DNA of 64,000 bases, taken from the NCBI GenBank assembly GCA_045047115.1, contig JASFYR010000021.1:32190-96189 (forward strand), read 5' to 3'. Each line of letters begins with the position of its first letter. Within the stretch, counting starts at the first letter, position 1. A program made the position numbers and the translations under genes. Below the pieces are notes generated by a model. The model saw only the letters and a program-made list of their open reading frames with translations, made no database searches and was not told where the DNA came from. The DNA is from Sulfurospirillum sp. Its GTDB lineage: Bacteria; Campylobacterota; Campylobacteria; Campylobacterales; Sulfurospirillaceae. Below are positions 28,833 to 37,969 of the stretch, piece after piece.

Positions 28833-29948
28833 TTAGTTTCTGTTTCTATACTCTTCGTATCCAAACTCCTTTATAAGCTTAAAACTCCCATCTTTTTTTA
28901 CAACAGCCAAGGATGGGAGTTTTATACCGTTAAATGTTGTATTTTTTACTATCGTATAGTGAATCTGATCTTCAAAAATAATTTTATTACCCACTTTTAA
29001 AGGCCTATCAAAAGAGTAATCCCCCATAATATCACCTGAGAGACAGCTGTTGCCTGCCAGCCTGTATCTATACTTTTTTTCGTCAGCCCCACCGGAATAT
29101 CTCACATCACTTCTATATGGCATAGCTAGAGTATCTGGCATATGTGCTTCAGCGGAAGTATCCAAAATTGCTATATCTATATCATTATGCACTACATCCA
29201 AGACACTCGTGAGCAAAATCCCGCATCTCCACCCTATGGCTTCACCAGGCTCCAGATAGACTTGCACACCATATTTTTGACTAAAATCGCAGATAAGTTT
29301 TATCAACTTCTCTATATCATATCCATCTTTGGTGATATGGTGTCCTCCTCCAAAATTTACCCATTTCATTTTAAACAGATACTTACCAAATCTCTTTTCA
29401 ACATTTTTTAGCACACTCTCTAACTCATCAGCTCCTTGCTCACAAAGAGCATGAAAATGCAAACCATCAATCCCATCAAGCAAATCCTCTCTAAACTCTT
29501 CCCTGGTTATACCAAAACGGCTAAACTCTCCACAAGGGTTATAGAGCTCAACAGGCGCACAAGAGATTTGCGGATTTATCCTTAAGCCACAAGATGTCTT
29601 GCCAAGTGCTCTTTGCTTATACTTTTGCCACTGTATAAATGAGTTAAAAACTACATGCTCGCTAATCCTTACTATCTCATCTATCTCATCCTCTTTATAT
29701 GCAGGGGAGTATGTATGCGTCTCTTTTTTAAACTCTTCATTTGAGAGTTTTGCCTCCCACAGTCCACTTGCACAACAGCCATCAAGATAATTTGAAACTA
29801 GGGGTTCAAGGTGATAAAATGCAAAACCTTTGAGCGCCAAAAGTATCTTTGCTCCACTTTTTTGCTTCACATAAGAGAGTATTTTAAGATTTTTTTCCAA
29901 CAACTCTTCATAGCAGATATAACACGGAGTTTTTACGCTTTCAAACAT
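28833..29948 (-). CDS. nspC: Carboxynorspermidine decarboxylase
   Basis: LALKGF, YNPCGEFSRFG, GLHFHALCEQ, NFGGGHHIT, EPGEA, HMPDTLAMPY, YTIVKNTTFNG. Confidence 0.95.
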   Translation of the reverse strand: MFESVKTPCYICYEELLEKNLKILSYVKQKSGAKILLALKGFAFYHLEPLVSNYLDGCCASGLWEAKLSNEEFKKETHTYSPAYKEDEIDEIVRISEHVVFNSFIQWQKYKQRALGKTSCGLRINPQISCAPVELYNPCGEFSRFGITREEFREDLLDGIDGLHFHALCEQGADELESVLKNVEKRFGKYLFKMKWVNFGGGHHITKDGYDIEKLIKLICDFSQKYGVQVYLEPGEAIGWRCGILLTSVLDVVHNDIDIAILDTSAEAHMPDTLAMPYRSDVRYSGGADEKKYRYRLAGNSCLSGDIMGDYSFDRPLKVGNKIIFEDQIHYTIVKNTTFNGIKLPSLAVVKKDGSFKLIKEFGYEEYRNRN

Positions 29949-30762
29949 TTTTTAATACCCTATCTAACATTCTTGTGCTCAATATTCTTTTCAAGAACCA
30001 AAAAAGTTTTGTCGGAAATGTAACTCGATATCTTGGTTTTGGACTGTTTGTATTGATTATCTTCAAAAGCACACTATAAACAGCATTGCTTCCGAGCGTA
30101 AAAGGATCATCATCGCTTGATTCAAATCTTTGGATTGCTTTTTTGTACTCTTTAGCATAAAAACTACTCTCTATCTTGATATATTTTTTGAACATTTTAT
30201 AGGCATTTTTTCTAAAATCACTCCTTATGGGACCGGGTTCTATCAGCACAACTCTTATGCCAAATGGTTCCAACTCCTGCCTAAAAGTATCACTAAGACC
30301 TTCGAGTGCATATTTGCTAGCATTATAGGCACCTCTATATTTCATCGATACAAAACCCAAAACAGAACTGTTTTGAATAATCTTTGGATTTTTTGAATTT
30401 CTAAGAAGCCTCAAAGCCTCTTTTGTCAATTCAAAATTTCCAAAAACATTCGTCTCAAACTGCTCTTTCAAGGCAGTTTTACTCAAATCTTCCAAAGCTC
30501 CGGGTTGTCCGAAACCTGCATTGTTAAATAGTATATCAAGCCTGCTATCGCTTTTCTTTGATATATATTCAAGTGCATTTTTTATATCTTCACTGTTTGT
30601 GACATCCAGCTTAAAAGAGTCAAGTCCTTCACTTTGGAGTCTTTTTATATCATCTTCACTTTTAGCTGTTGCATAGACTTTATACCCCTCATTATGAAGT
30701 TTTTTTGCACAATAGTACCCTATGCCGCTAGAACAACCTGTGATTAGAATACTCTGTTTCAT
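29941..30762 (-). CDS. SDR-family oxidoreductase
   Basis: ITGCSSGIG, NNAG, YNASK. Confidence 0.92.
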   Translation of the reverse strand: MKQSILITGCSSGIGYYCAKKLHNEGYKVYATAKSEDDIKRLQSEGLDSFKLDVTNSEDIKNALEYISKKSDSRLDILFNNAGFGQPGALEDLSKTALKEQFETNVFGNFELTKEALRLLRNSKNPKIIQNSSVLGFVSMKYRGAYNASKYALEGLSDTFRQELEPFGIRVVLIEPGPIRSDFRKNAYKMFKKYIKIESSFYAKEYKKAIQRFESSDDDPFTLGSNAVYSVLLKIINTNSPKPRYRVTFPTKLFWFLKRILSTRMLDRVLKNV

Positions 30763-31109
30763 GGGAGTATCTTGATTTCATCCTCTTGATTTGGAACTAA
30801 GCACAAAAACTCATAATCCTCATCACCCAAAACATCATAAGAGTGGGGAATACCTGCTGGTATAAACAAAATATCATTTTTATTGACAATTTTCACAACA
30901 TCGCCGATAACAACTTTGGCACTGCCTTTTAGCACGTACTGCTCGTGCTCAACACTGTTTGTATGTAATGGCATAGAGCCTTTGCTTTTTAGTATGAATT
31001 TTCTCATCATAAAATTTGGTGCCCTATCATCTCCTATGAGAACGCTCATACTCCCACCAACTCCTACAGGAAGTGGACTAAATTTGTATTCTTTTATATT
31101 TTTTATCAT
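30759..31109 (-). CDS. Cupin-domain protein
   Basis: PLHTNSVEHEQYVLKG and FIPAGIPHSY; ATG with RBS at 31109. Confidence 0.88.
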   Translation of the reverse strand: MIKNIKEYKFSPLPVGVGGSMSVLIGDDRAPNFMMRKFILKSKGSMPLHTNSVEHEQYVLKGSAKVVIGDVVKIVNKNDILFIPAGIPHSYDVLGDEDYEFLCLVPNQEDEIKILP

Positions 31110-31229
31110 GTTTTCACCTTTGTTTTTCTGTATTTTATTATATAATATCGAAAAAATCAATAACTTACCTTACACACCATATTATACTCATAATGACACG
31201 GCACGCAAGGTAAGCTAAAAAGAGATATT

Positions 31230-31790
31230 TTGGAAATAAAAAAGCTTATTCTTATAGGAGCTTCGACAGGTGGTCCCGGACAAATACAAAAGATTGTGCA
31301 ATCTATCAGACAAAAAAAAGATACCGCTGTGATTATAGCTCAGCATATGCAAAGCTCATATCTTTCTAGTTTTGCCAGCCAATTAGACAGAAATTCTCCA
31401 ATAAGTGTCATAATAAGCAAAAAAGATTTAACAATAAAAACAGATACAATTTATGTTCTTGGGAATAATTTTGAAATAAAAAACAGGGGCAGAAATTTGG
31501 TATTTGATAAATATCATCAACAACTCAGCTACTCTCCAAACATAGACCTTCTTTTTAACTCTGTTTCAAATTTGCAAAAGAAGCCAAACATAATGTGTAT
31601 TGTGCTGACAGGTATAGGAGATGATGGAGCAAAAGGTGCATTGAGCTTGGCAAAAATTGGTGCAATTTGCATAAATGAAAGTGAAAGCAGCTCTATAGTC
31701 TATGGTATGCCAAAAGCTGCAAGCGAACTAAATCCATCTGCAAAACAACTGGGTATTGACGAAATATGCAATGAAATCAGGAGCTTTTAA
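31230..31790 (+). CDS. cheB: Chemotaxis methylesterase (catalytic domain only)
   Basis: GASTGGP, QHM, LTGIGDDGA triad; no receiver domain. Confidence 0.93.
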   Translation: MEIKKLILIGASTGGPGQIQKIVQSIRQKKDTAVIIAQHMQSSYLSSFASQLDRNSPISVIISKKDLTIKTDTIYVLGNNFEIKNRGRNLVFDKYHQQLSYSPNIDLLFNSVSNLQKKPNIMCIVLTGIGDDGAKGALSLAKIGAICINESESSSIVYGMPKAASELNPSAKQLGIDEICNEIRSF

Positions 31791-32569
31791 TGTTTAGCTT
31801 TTTCAAAAAAAGGAGACAAGATCCAACGCAGGAAGAAGTTAAACCTATAGAAGATTTTTCAAATATTGACGAACTTATAGGCTACTTCAAAAGTAAAACA
31901 GGTATAGATTTTTTTAACAAAAAGGAGATAATCAAAAACAAACTCATCATTTTTTGCAAAAAAAGAGAAATCTACAGCTTTAAAGAGTTGCTTTTGTCCA
32001 TAAAACAAAATTTTTCATTAGAACAAAAGGCGATAGACTATCTTACCGTAAATGAAACATACTTTTTCAGAGAAACACCACAGATAGAAGATATGATTAT
32101 AAAGGCAAAAAAGCTTGGTTTTAAAGCAGAGATATTGTGTGCGCCAAGCTCATCCGGAGATGAACCCTATACTATAGCCATCATGATGTTTGAAGCCGGA
32201 TTTGCGCCTGGGGACTTTCATATCATAGGAATTGATATAAGCGAAGCTGTAATCAAAAAAGCAAAAACAGCGATATATAACGAACGCAATCTACATAGGG
32301 TCGGTAAAGAGTTAAAAGCAAAATATTTTTACAAAAGCGACAATCAATACATTTTAAAAGATATTATCAAAGACCAGGTTTCATTTCGCTGTGTAAATAT
32401 CTTTGACACAACTTTAGAAAATCTTAGAAAATTTGACTTTATATTTTCAAGAAATATGATGATTTATTTTGACCAAAAAACCAAAATTAAAGCAAAAGAT
32501 ATACTTCAAAACCTACTCAAAAGACCTGAAGAGTCTATATATTTTGGTCATGCGGATATAGTTGGCTAA
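31790..32569 (+). CDS. cheR: Chemotaxis methyltransferase
   Basis: TVNETYFFRE, SSGDEPYTIA, FSRNMMIYFD. Confidence 0.93.
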   Translation: MFSFFKKRRQDPTQEEVKPIEDFSNIDELIGYFKSKTGIDFFNKKEIIKNKLIIFCKKREIYSFKELLLSIKQNFSLEQKAIDYLTVNETYFFRETPQIEDMIIKAKKLGFKAEILCAPSSSGDEPYTIAIMMFEAGFAPGDFHIIGIDISEAVIKKAKTAIYNERNLHRVGKELKAKYFYKSDNQYILKDIIKDQVSFRCVNIFDTTLENLRKFDFIFSRNMMIYFDQKTKIKAKDILQNLLKRPEESIYFGHADIVG

Positions 32570-32585
32570 AACTTACTTTAAATGG

Positions 32586-33791
32586 TTAGGTAATATCTAA
32601 AATTTTCCAAGGAAGCCCTTGTTTGTTTAGCTCGTCCATAAAAGGCAAAGCATCAAAATTTTCCATATTAAAAACACCTTTACCCCTCCATTTATTCTCC
32701 AGCATCATCTTTGCGCCTATCATAGCAGGTACGCCTGTTGTATAGCTGACCGCTTGAGCTCCTGTTTCTCTATAGCAAACTTGGTGATCACAGACATTGT
32801 AGATATATATCTTTTTCTTAATTCCTTTTTTTATACCCTCAATCACACAGCCTATATTTGTTTTGCCAACTGTTCTGGCTCCCAAACTCGCAGGATCAGG
32901 AAGAAGCTCTTTGAGAAGATGTAAAGGCACTACTTTTACACCATCGACTTCTACTTCATTAATCCCAAGCATCCCAACATTTTCCAAACATCTCATATGA
33001 GTCAGATAACTCTGTCCAAAAGTCATAAAAAATCTTATCCTTTTTAAGCCCTTTATATTTTTGCTCAGTGACTCCATCTCTTCGTGATACATCAGATAGC
33101 TGTCTTTTTTGCCAACTTCAGGATAATCCCATACCATCTTAATCTCAAGTGGTTTTGTCTCTATCCACTTTCCTTCTGCATTTTTATCTCTTTCCCAATA
33201 TCTCCCCTTTGCACTCGCTTCTCTTAGATTTATCTCTGGATTAAAGTTGGTAGCAAAAGGGTATCCGTGATCTCCGGCATTGCAGTCAAATATATCTATA
33301 TAACTTATCTCATCAAAGAGATACTGCTGGGCATAAGCACAAAATACATTTGTAACTCCTGGATCAAATCCACTTCCAAGAAGTCCCATGATACCTGCTT
33401 TTTTAAAGTTTTCATCTCTTGCCCACTGCTCCTTATACTCAAACCTTGCAGTGTCCGGGTGTTCATAATTTGCAGTATCAAGATAGTCAACCCCACATTC
33501 CACACAAGCATCCATGATAGTCAAGTCCTGATAAGGCAGAGCGATATTCATCACCAAATCAGGCTTTACCTTCCTTAGCAAAGCTATAAGTTCCTGAGTA
33601 TGATCCGCATCCACCTGCTCTGTTTTTATCTCTATGCTTAGCTCATCTTTTATCTCTTGCGCTATTATGTCGCATTTTTCTTTGGTTCTGCTCGCTAGTA
33701 TAATGTCGCTAAAAACTTTACTATTCATAGCGCATTTTTTAGTAGCAACTCTACTGACTCCCCCCGCTCCGATAATCAAAACTCTTGCCAT
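32586..33791 (-). CDS. Carboxynorspermidine dehydrogenase (saccharopine dehydrogenase family)
   Basis: IGAGGV, NIALPYQDL, DTANYE, GSGFDPG, ATNFNPEINLRE; nspC nearby. Confidence 0.92.
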   Translation of the reverse strand: MARVLIIGAGGVSRVATKKCAMNSKVFSDIILASRTKEKCDIIAQEIKDELSIEIKTEQVDADHTQELIALLRKVKPDLVMNIALPYQDLTIMDACVECGVDYLDTANYEHPDTARFEYKEQWARDENFKKAGIMGLLGSGFDPGVTNVFCAYAQQYLFDEISYIDIFDCNAGDHGYPFATNFNPEINLREASAKGRYWERDKNAEGKWIETKPLEIKMVWDYPEVGKKDSYLMYHEEMESLSKNIKGLKRIRFFMTFGQSYLTHMRCLENVGMLGINEVEVDGVKVVPLHLLKELLPDPASLGARTVGKTNIGCVIEGIKKGIKKKIYIYNVCDHQVCYRETGAQAVSYTTGVPAMIGAKMMLENKWRGKGVFNMENFDALPFMDELNKQGLPWKILDIT

Positions 33792-33810
33792 ACTTTTCTC
33801 CTAAAAGAAA

Positions 33811-35403
33811 TCACCTTGTCTTAAAACTATTTAGTTTATGGTTTAACTCTTGTGAGCTCTTTTTAGCCTCTTGAGATATAGACTTTATATCATCAACAAC
33901 TTTCATGCTCTCTTTTGATGAGAGGTAAATTTTTTCAACCTTGGAGATAATGTCTTCAACATTTTGAGCTAACTCTACTGATTCTTTTAGTGATTTATCA
34001 GACACTTGTTGTGCATATCTCATAGTTTTTGAAGTATCTTCCACATCACTGTTTGTAGCGATAGCATCCTCTGTTAAACTCTCTATGTTTTTAGCATTTT
34101 TATTGATGGCATCAGCTGCATTTGCAATCTCTTGAACCATTATGTTTGTAGTTGCATCTATCTCCATAAGAGATTTTTGCGTTTGCTCTGCTAGTTTTCT
34201 AACTTCATCGGCTACAACAGCAAAACCTCTTCCGTGTTCTCCTGCACGGGCAGCCTCTATGGCGGCATTTAATGCAAGTAGATTTGTCTGCTCTGAAATA
34301 TCTGCTATCTTACTCAAAACATTTTTGGTATCCTGTGCTGTTTGATTCAACTCGGAAATTCTATTGGCTATCTCCAATCCTGTTGCAGACTCCACTTGCA
34401 TTTTTTGTGTCATTTTGCTTAAACTGTCTCTGACGGCTTCTAGTTTTTTATCTGCTTTTTCTATATCATCTTTACTTTTTTTAGCGCTGACAACTGTATC
34501 TTCGAGCACCTCTTTCATATCTTCTCCCATAGCAGTTGCCTCATTAACCAGCAGAAGGTTTTCTTCAAGCTTTTTTGAAAGAATTTGCGAATTTTGATTT
34601 GATTTACCTGACAACTCTAAATTGTGCACACTTGAATTCTTAGCTTCTATTACAGAATTTTGGACTTTTTCTATAAAACTATCCAGCCATCTAGAAGCTT
34701 CTGCCAATTCATCCTTCTTAATAAAATGCAATCTTTTTGTCAAGTCTCCTTCGCCTGAGGCTATATCTTTTACTCTCATGGCTAAGAACTTCAAGGGCTT
34801 AAAAACCTCCTTGTTAAACAACAACCAAAAACCAGTAACAGCAAGTATTGCCGCAAGAAGCAGACTTGCTGCTATCAAATAATTAAAACTGCTTATCTCT
34901 TTATCACTTCTATCTAAAGAGAGTTTCAAATCCATTACGCCAAGAACATCGCCCTTGCTTGATGTTGTATGGCAACCCAGACATACTGTTGTAGCAATAA
35001 GCGGCTTCAAAAGTCGCAGAAGATGTTTATTGTCTTCTTGCAACTCAACGATGCTTTGCTTTTTACTCTGAAAAATCTTCCTTATAGCCTCATCATTGGT
35101 AAATTTATCTTTTAAACCAAATGCGCCAATAACTTCTTTTGATTTTGCTATACTTATTTGATCAATTCCATGTATCTTTTTTATATCTTTTAGAGTGTCA
35201 TCCACAACCTTTGGATCACCAAGATTCATACTGCTTCTTATACCCACAAAAATTGCACCACTGAGCGTTTCAATACTATCTGTCGTAGCACTTTTTATGA
35301 TTTTATTTGAATTATGTGATATAAAAATCAACAAAATAATAGAGCCGGCCGCAAAGAAGAGCAGGGTTGAGAAAATCAATTTTGCTTTAATCGTTTTTAG
35401 CAT
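33811..35403 (-). CDS. Methyl-accepting chemotaxis protein with periplasmic c-type haem motif
   Basis: Two TMs, periplasmic CLGCH, HAMP (GDLTKRL..DEL), MCP signalling hairpin. Confidence 0.92.
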   Translation of the reverse strand: MLKTIKAKLIFSTLLFFAAGSIILLIFISHNSNKIIKSATTDSIETLSGAIFVGIRSSMNLGDPKVVDDTLKDIKKIHGIDQISIAKSKEVIGAFGLKDKFTNDEAIRKIFQSKKQSIVELQEDNKHLLRLLKPLIATTVCLGCHTTSSKGDVLGVMDLKLSLDRSDKEISSFNYLIAASLLLAAILAVTGFWLLFNKEVFKPLKFLAMRVKDIASGEGDLTKRLHFIKKDELAEASRWLDSFIEKVQNSVIEAKNSSVHNLELSGKSNQNSQILSKKLEENLLLVNEATAMGEDMKEVLEDTVVSAKKSKDDIEKADKKLEAVRDSLSKMTQKMQVESATGLEIANRISELNQTAQDTKNVLSKIADISEQTNLLALNAAIEAARAGEHGRGFAVVADEVRKLAEQTQKSLMEIDATTNIMVQEIANAADAINKNAKNIESLTEDAIATNSDVEDTSKTMRYAQQVSDKSLKESVELAQNVEDIISKVEKIYLSSKESMKVVDDIKSISQEAKKSSQELNHKLNSFKTR

Positions 35404-35440
35404 TTATATTCCTTTTTATATTAAAATATTGTAAAAGATG

Positions 35441-36040
35441 TCATCTAAAAGAAATCTGTTTCTTCAAGATAATTTTTGCCAGCTCCAGTGCTTGCGAGCG
35501 ATGCGAAAGCTCTTTTTTTACCTCATCACCAAGTTCACCCAGAGTTTTGTCAAATCCAAGAGGTATAAATACAGGATCATACCCAAAACCATTTGTTCCT
35601 CTTTTTTCATCTATCACACTGCCATACATCCAACCATGTACACAAAACTCACCTTTGTTGCTCACCAAAGCTATGGCTGCCGTATAAAACGCAGAGGTAA
35701 TTTTAAGATTTTTTTCCTTTAGATTGCATATAAGTTTATCTAAATTTTGCTCGCTTGTAGCATCAATTCCAGCGTATCTTGCACTGTAAATGCCCGGTTC
35801 TCCTCCAAAAGCATTTACGCTGATACCGCTGTCATCGCTCATAACAACAACTGACTTGTCATTTAATTTTTCATATACCGCTTTTGCTTTTATGAGTGCA
35901 TTTTCCCTAAAACTTTTGCCATCCTCTACTATCTCGAATGGTTCCAAGACTTCGGCAAAACTACGCACGCTATACTCACCCATATACGATTTTAACTCTT
36001 TGAGTTTCCCTCGGTTGCCTGAGGCTAAAATTATCTCCAC
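35441..36040 (-). CDS. rdgB: RdgB/HAM1 non-canonical purine NTP pyrophosphatase
   Basis: [37 protein letters not shown] start at 36040. Confidence 0.94.
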   Translation of the reverse strand: MEIILASGNRGKLKELKSYMGEYSVRSFAEVLEPFEIVEDGKSFRENALIKAKAVYEKLNDKSVVVMSDDSGISVNAFGGEPGIYSARYAGIDATSEQNLDKLICNLKEKNLKITSAFYTAAIALVSNKGEFCVHGWMYGSVIDEKRGTNGFGYDPVFIPLGFDKTLGELGDEVKKELSHRSQALELAKIILKKQISFR

Positions 36041-36150
36041 AAAAATTCCTTTTTCAACAATAAAATGTATCAAAAATTTTATCAGTTTTTACTTTAAATT
36101 GAGGTTTTTTATATGATATGCTATAATAATCTCTCAATAAGGCATACACT

Positions 36151-36807
36151 ATGAAAATATTACTTCTGGAAGACGATGAAATTTTAAATGAGATTATAGA
36201 GTCTTTTTTGATAGACAAAGGATATGATGTTGACTGCACCTTTGACGGTGATGAAGCAGAGGAGTTGCTTTATAGTAAAAGATTTGATCTGCTCCTGCTT
36301 GATGTAAATGTACCGTCTATAAATGGATTTGAGCTCTTAAGCAATATTAGAAAAAACTTTATCTTTACTCCGGCTATATTTATAACCTCACTAAATGACA
36401 CACAAGATCTCAAAGACGGTTTTTCAAGTGGATGTGATGATTATATAAAAAAGCCGTTTGAATTTGAAGAGTTGGAGCTTAGAATCGACAATATAAAAAG
36501 ACTCTACAAGATAGAACAAAGTAAAATCGAACAAATTAATAGTAAAATCAAATATGATTTTGAGAAATTAACAATCATAAAAGAGACTGGGGAATACCCC
36601 CTTACAAACAAAGAATCAAAAATTTTAGAGTATTTTTTAAAAAACAGAGAAACAACTATATCCTTGGAAGAGTTGGGATCAAACATATGGACATACGAAG
36701 AGACTCCAACAGACTCAACCATAAGAACATATATAAAAAATCTCAGAAAGATACTGGGTGAAGAGTGCATAACAACTATAAAAGGGTCTGGTTATCGTTT
36801 TAACTAA
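36151..36807 (+). CDS. OmpR-family response regulator next to copper genes
   Basis: LLEDD, LLDVNVP, DDYIKKPF, TIRTYIKNLRK, KGSGY. Confidence 0.93.
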   Translation: MKILLLEDDEILNEIIESFLIDKGYDVDCTFDGDEAEELLYSKRFDLLLLDVNVPSINGFELLSNIRKNFIFTPAIFITSLNDTQDLKDGFSSGCDDYIKKPFEFEELELRIDNIKRLYKIEQSKIEQINSKIKYDFEKLTIIKETGEYPLTNKESKILEYFLKNRETTISLEELGSNIWTYEETPTDSTIRTYIKNLRKILGEECITTIKGSGYRFN

Positions 36808-37945
36808 AGAAGAAAAAAAGACTTTTTATAGTTTTCTAACCCTCTACCTCGGTTCATCCTTGGTACTATTTATTATAATTAGCTGGCTTTTTTACTCATT
36901 TAGTTCAAAACAATACTATGCGTTAGCCCTGTCCAATATGCAACTAAACACAGGAAATATTTCACATAAAATCATCCAGGCTCAAATGAAAAATATACCG
37001 TTAAAATTTGAAAATTTACCCATATCAAAAGATCTGAAATTCGGGCTGTACAGCTATGACCAAAAGCCTGTCTACACGCAGATAAAAGATGGTATTGATT
37101 TTTCACAGCAAAACTACCGCCATGGCAATTCACTTTTCTATATAGACCACGGAGCAGCGGGACATCTTGGTGTCTCTTATGTTGTTGTTAAAAAATCAAA
37201 TCTCAGCAATAAAATCAAAACACTTCTAAAAGATATCGTTTTGGTCGCATTTACAGCATATCTTATTGTCGCATTTATCGGCTATTATCTGGCAAAATTA
37301 TTTATCTATCCGATTCAGAGCCAAAGGGAGAAATTAAATATTTTTATCAAAAATGCCACGCACGAGCTAAACACTCCTGTTTCTGCACTTTTACTATGTG
37401 TAAATTCAAATAATTTTTATACCGAAAAAAATAGAAATCTCATAAAAATAAGTGCGAAAAAAATCTCAAATCTATACAAAGACTTATCATACATAACCCT
37501 CAAAAAGCACAAGAGTAAAAATCTGAAAAATCTGGAGCTATCTGGGATTTTGCAAAAGGAGTTGCTTTATCATATAATTCTTGCAGAAAAAAAGAGAATA
37601 ACTCTAACAAGTGAGCTAGAAGAGACTTTTTTTAAGCTGGAAGAAGAGGATTTCATCAGACTCACAAACAATCTGATAACAAATGCTATCAAATACACAA
37701 AAAGATACGGCAGTATAAAAATTACACTCAAAAATAACACTCTGACCATAAAAGATAGCGGTATAGGTATAGCCAAAAACAGACTAGATAAAATCTTCAA
37801 GCGCTACTATAGAGCAACAGACGAGGTTGGAGGTTTTGGCATAGGCTTGGATATAGTTTACTCCATATGCAAAACATATGGAGTAAAAATAAGTGTTGAT
37901 TCCAAAAAAAACGAAGGTACAGTATTTAGTTTAACTTTTTCATAG
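36788..37945 (+). CDS. Sensor histidine kinase (start uncertain: CTG 36788 or TTG 36860)
   Basis: KNATHELNTP, NLITNAIKY, DSGIGI, GGFGIGL; first TM extends upstream of 36860. Confidence 0.88.
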   Translation: MVIVLTKEEKKTFYSFLTLYLGSSLVLFIIISWLFYSFSSKQYYALALSNMQLNTGNISHKIIQAQMKNIPLKFENLPISKDLKFGLYSYDQKPVYTQIKDGIDFSQQNYRHGNSLFYIDHGAAGHLGVSYVVVKKSNLSNKIKTLLKDIVLVAFTAYLIVAFIGYYLAKLFIYPIQSQREKLNIFIKNATHELNTPVSALLLCVNSNNFYTEKNRNLIKISAKKISNLYKDLSYITLKKHKSKNLKNLELSGILQKELLYHIILAEKKRITLTSELEETFFKLEEEDFIRLTNNLITNAIKYTKRYGSIKITLKNNTLTIKDSGIGIAKNRLDKIFKRYYRATDEVGGFGIGLDIVYSICKTYGVKISVDSKKNEGTVFSLTFS

Positions 37946-37969
37946 GAACCAAAAAACTCCTATAAAATA

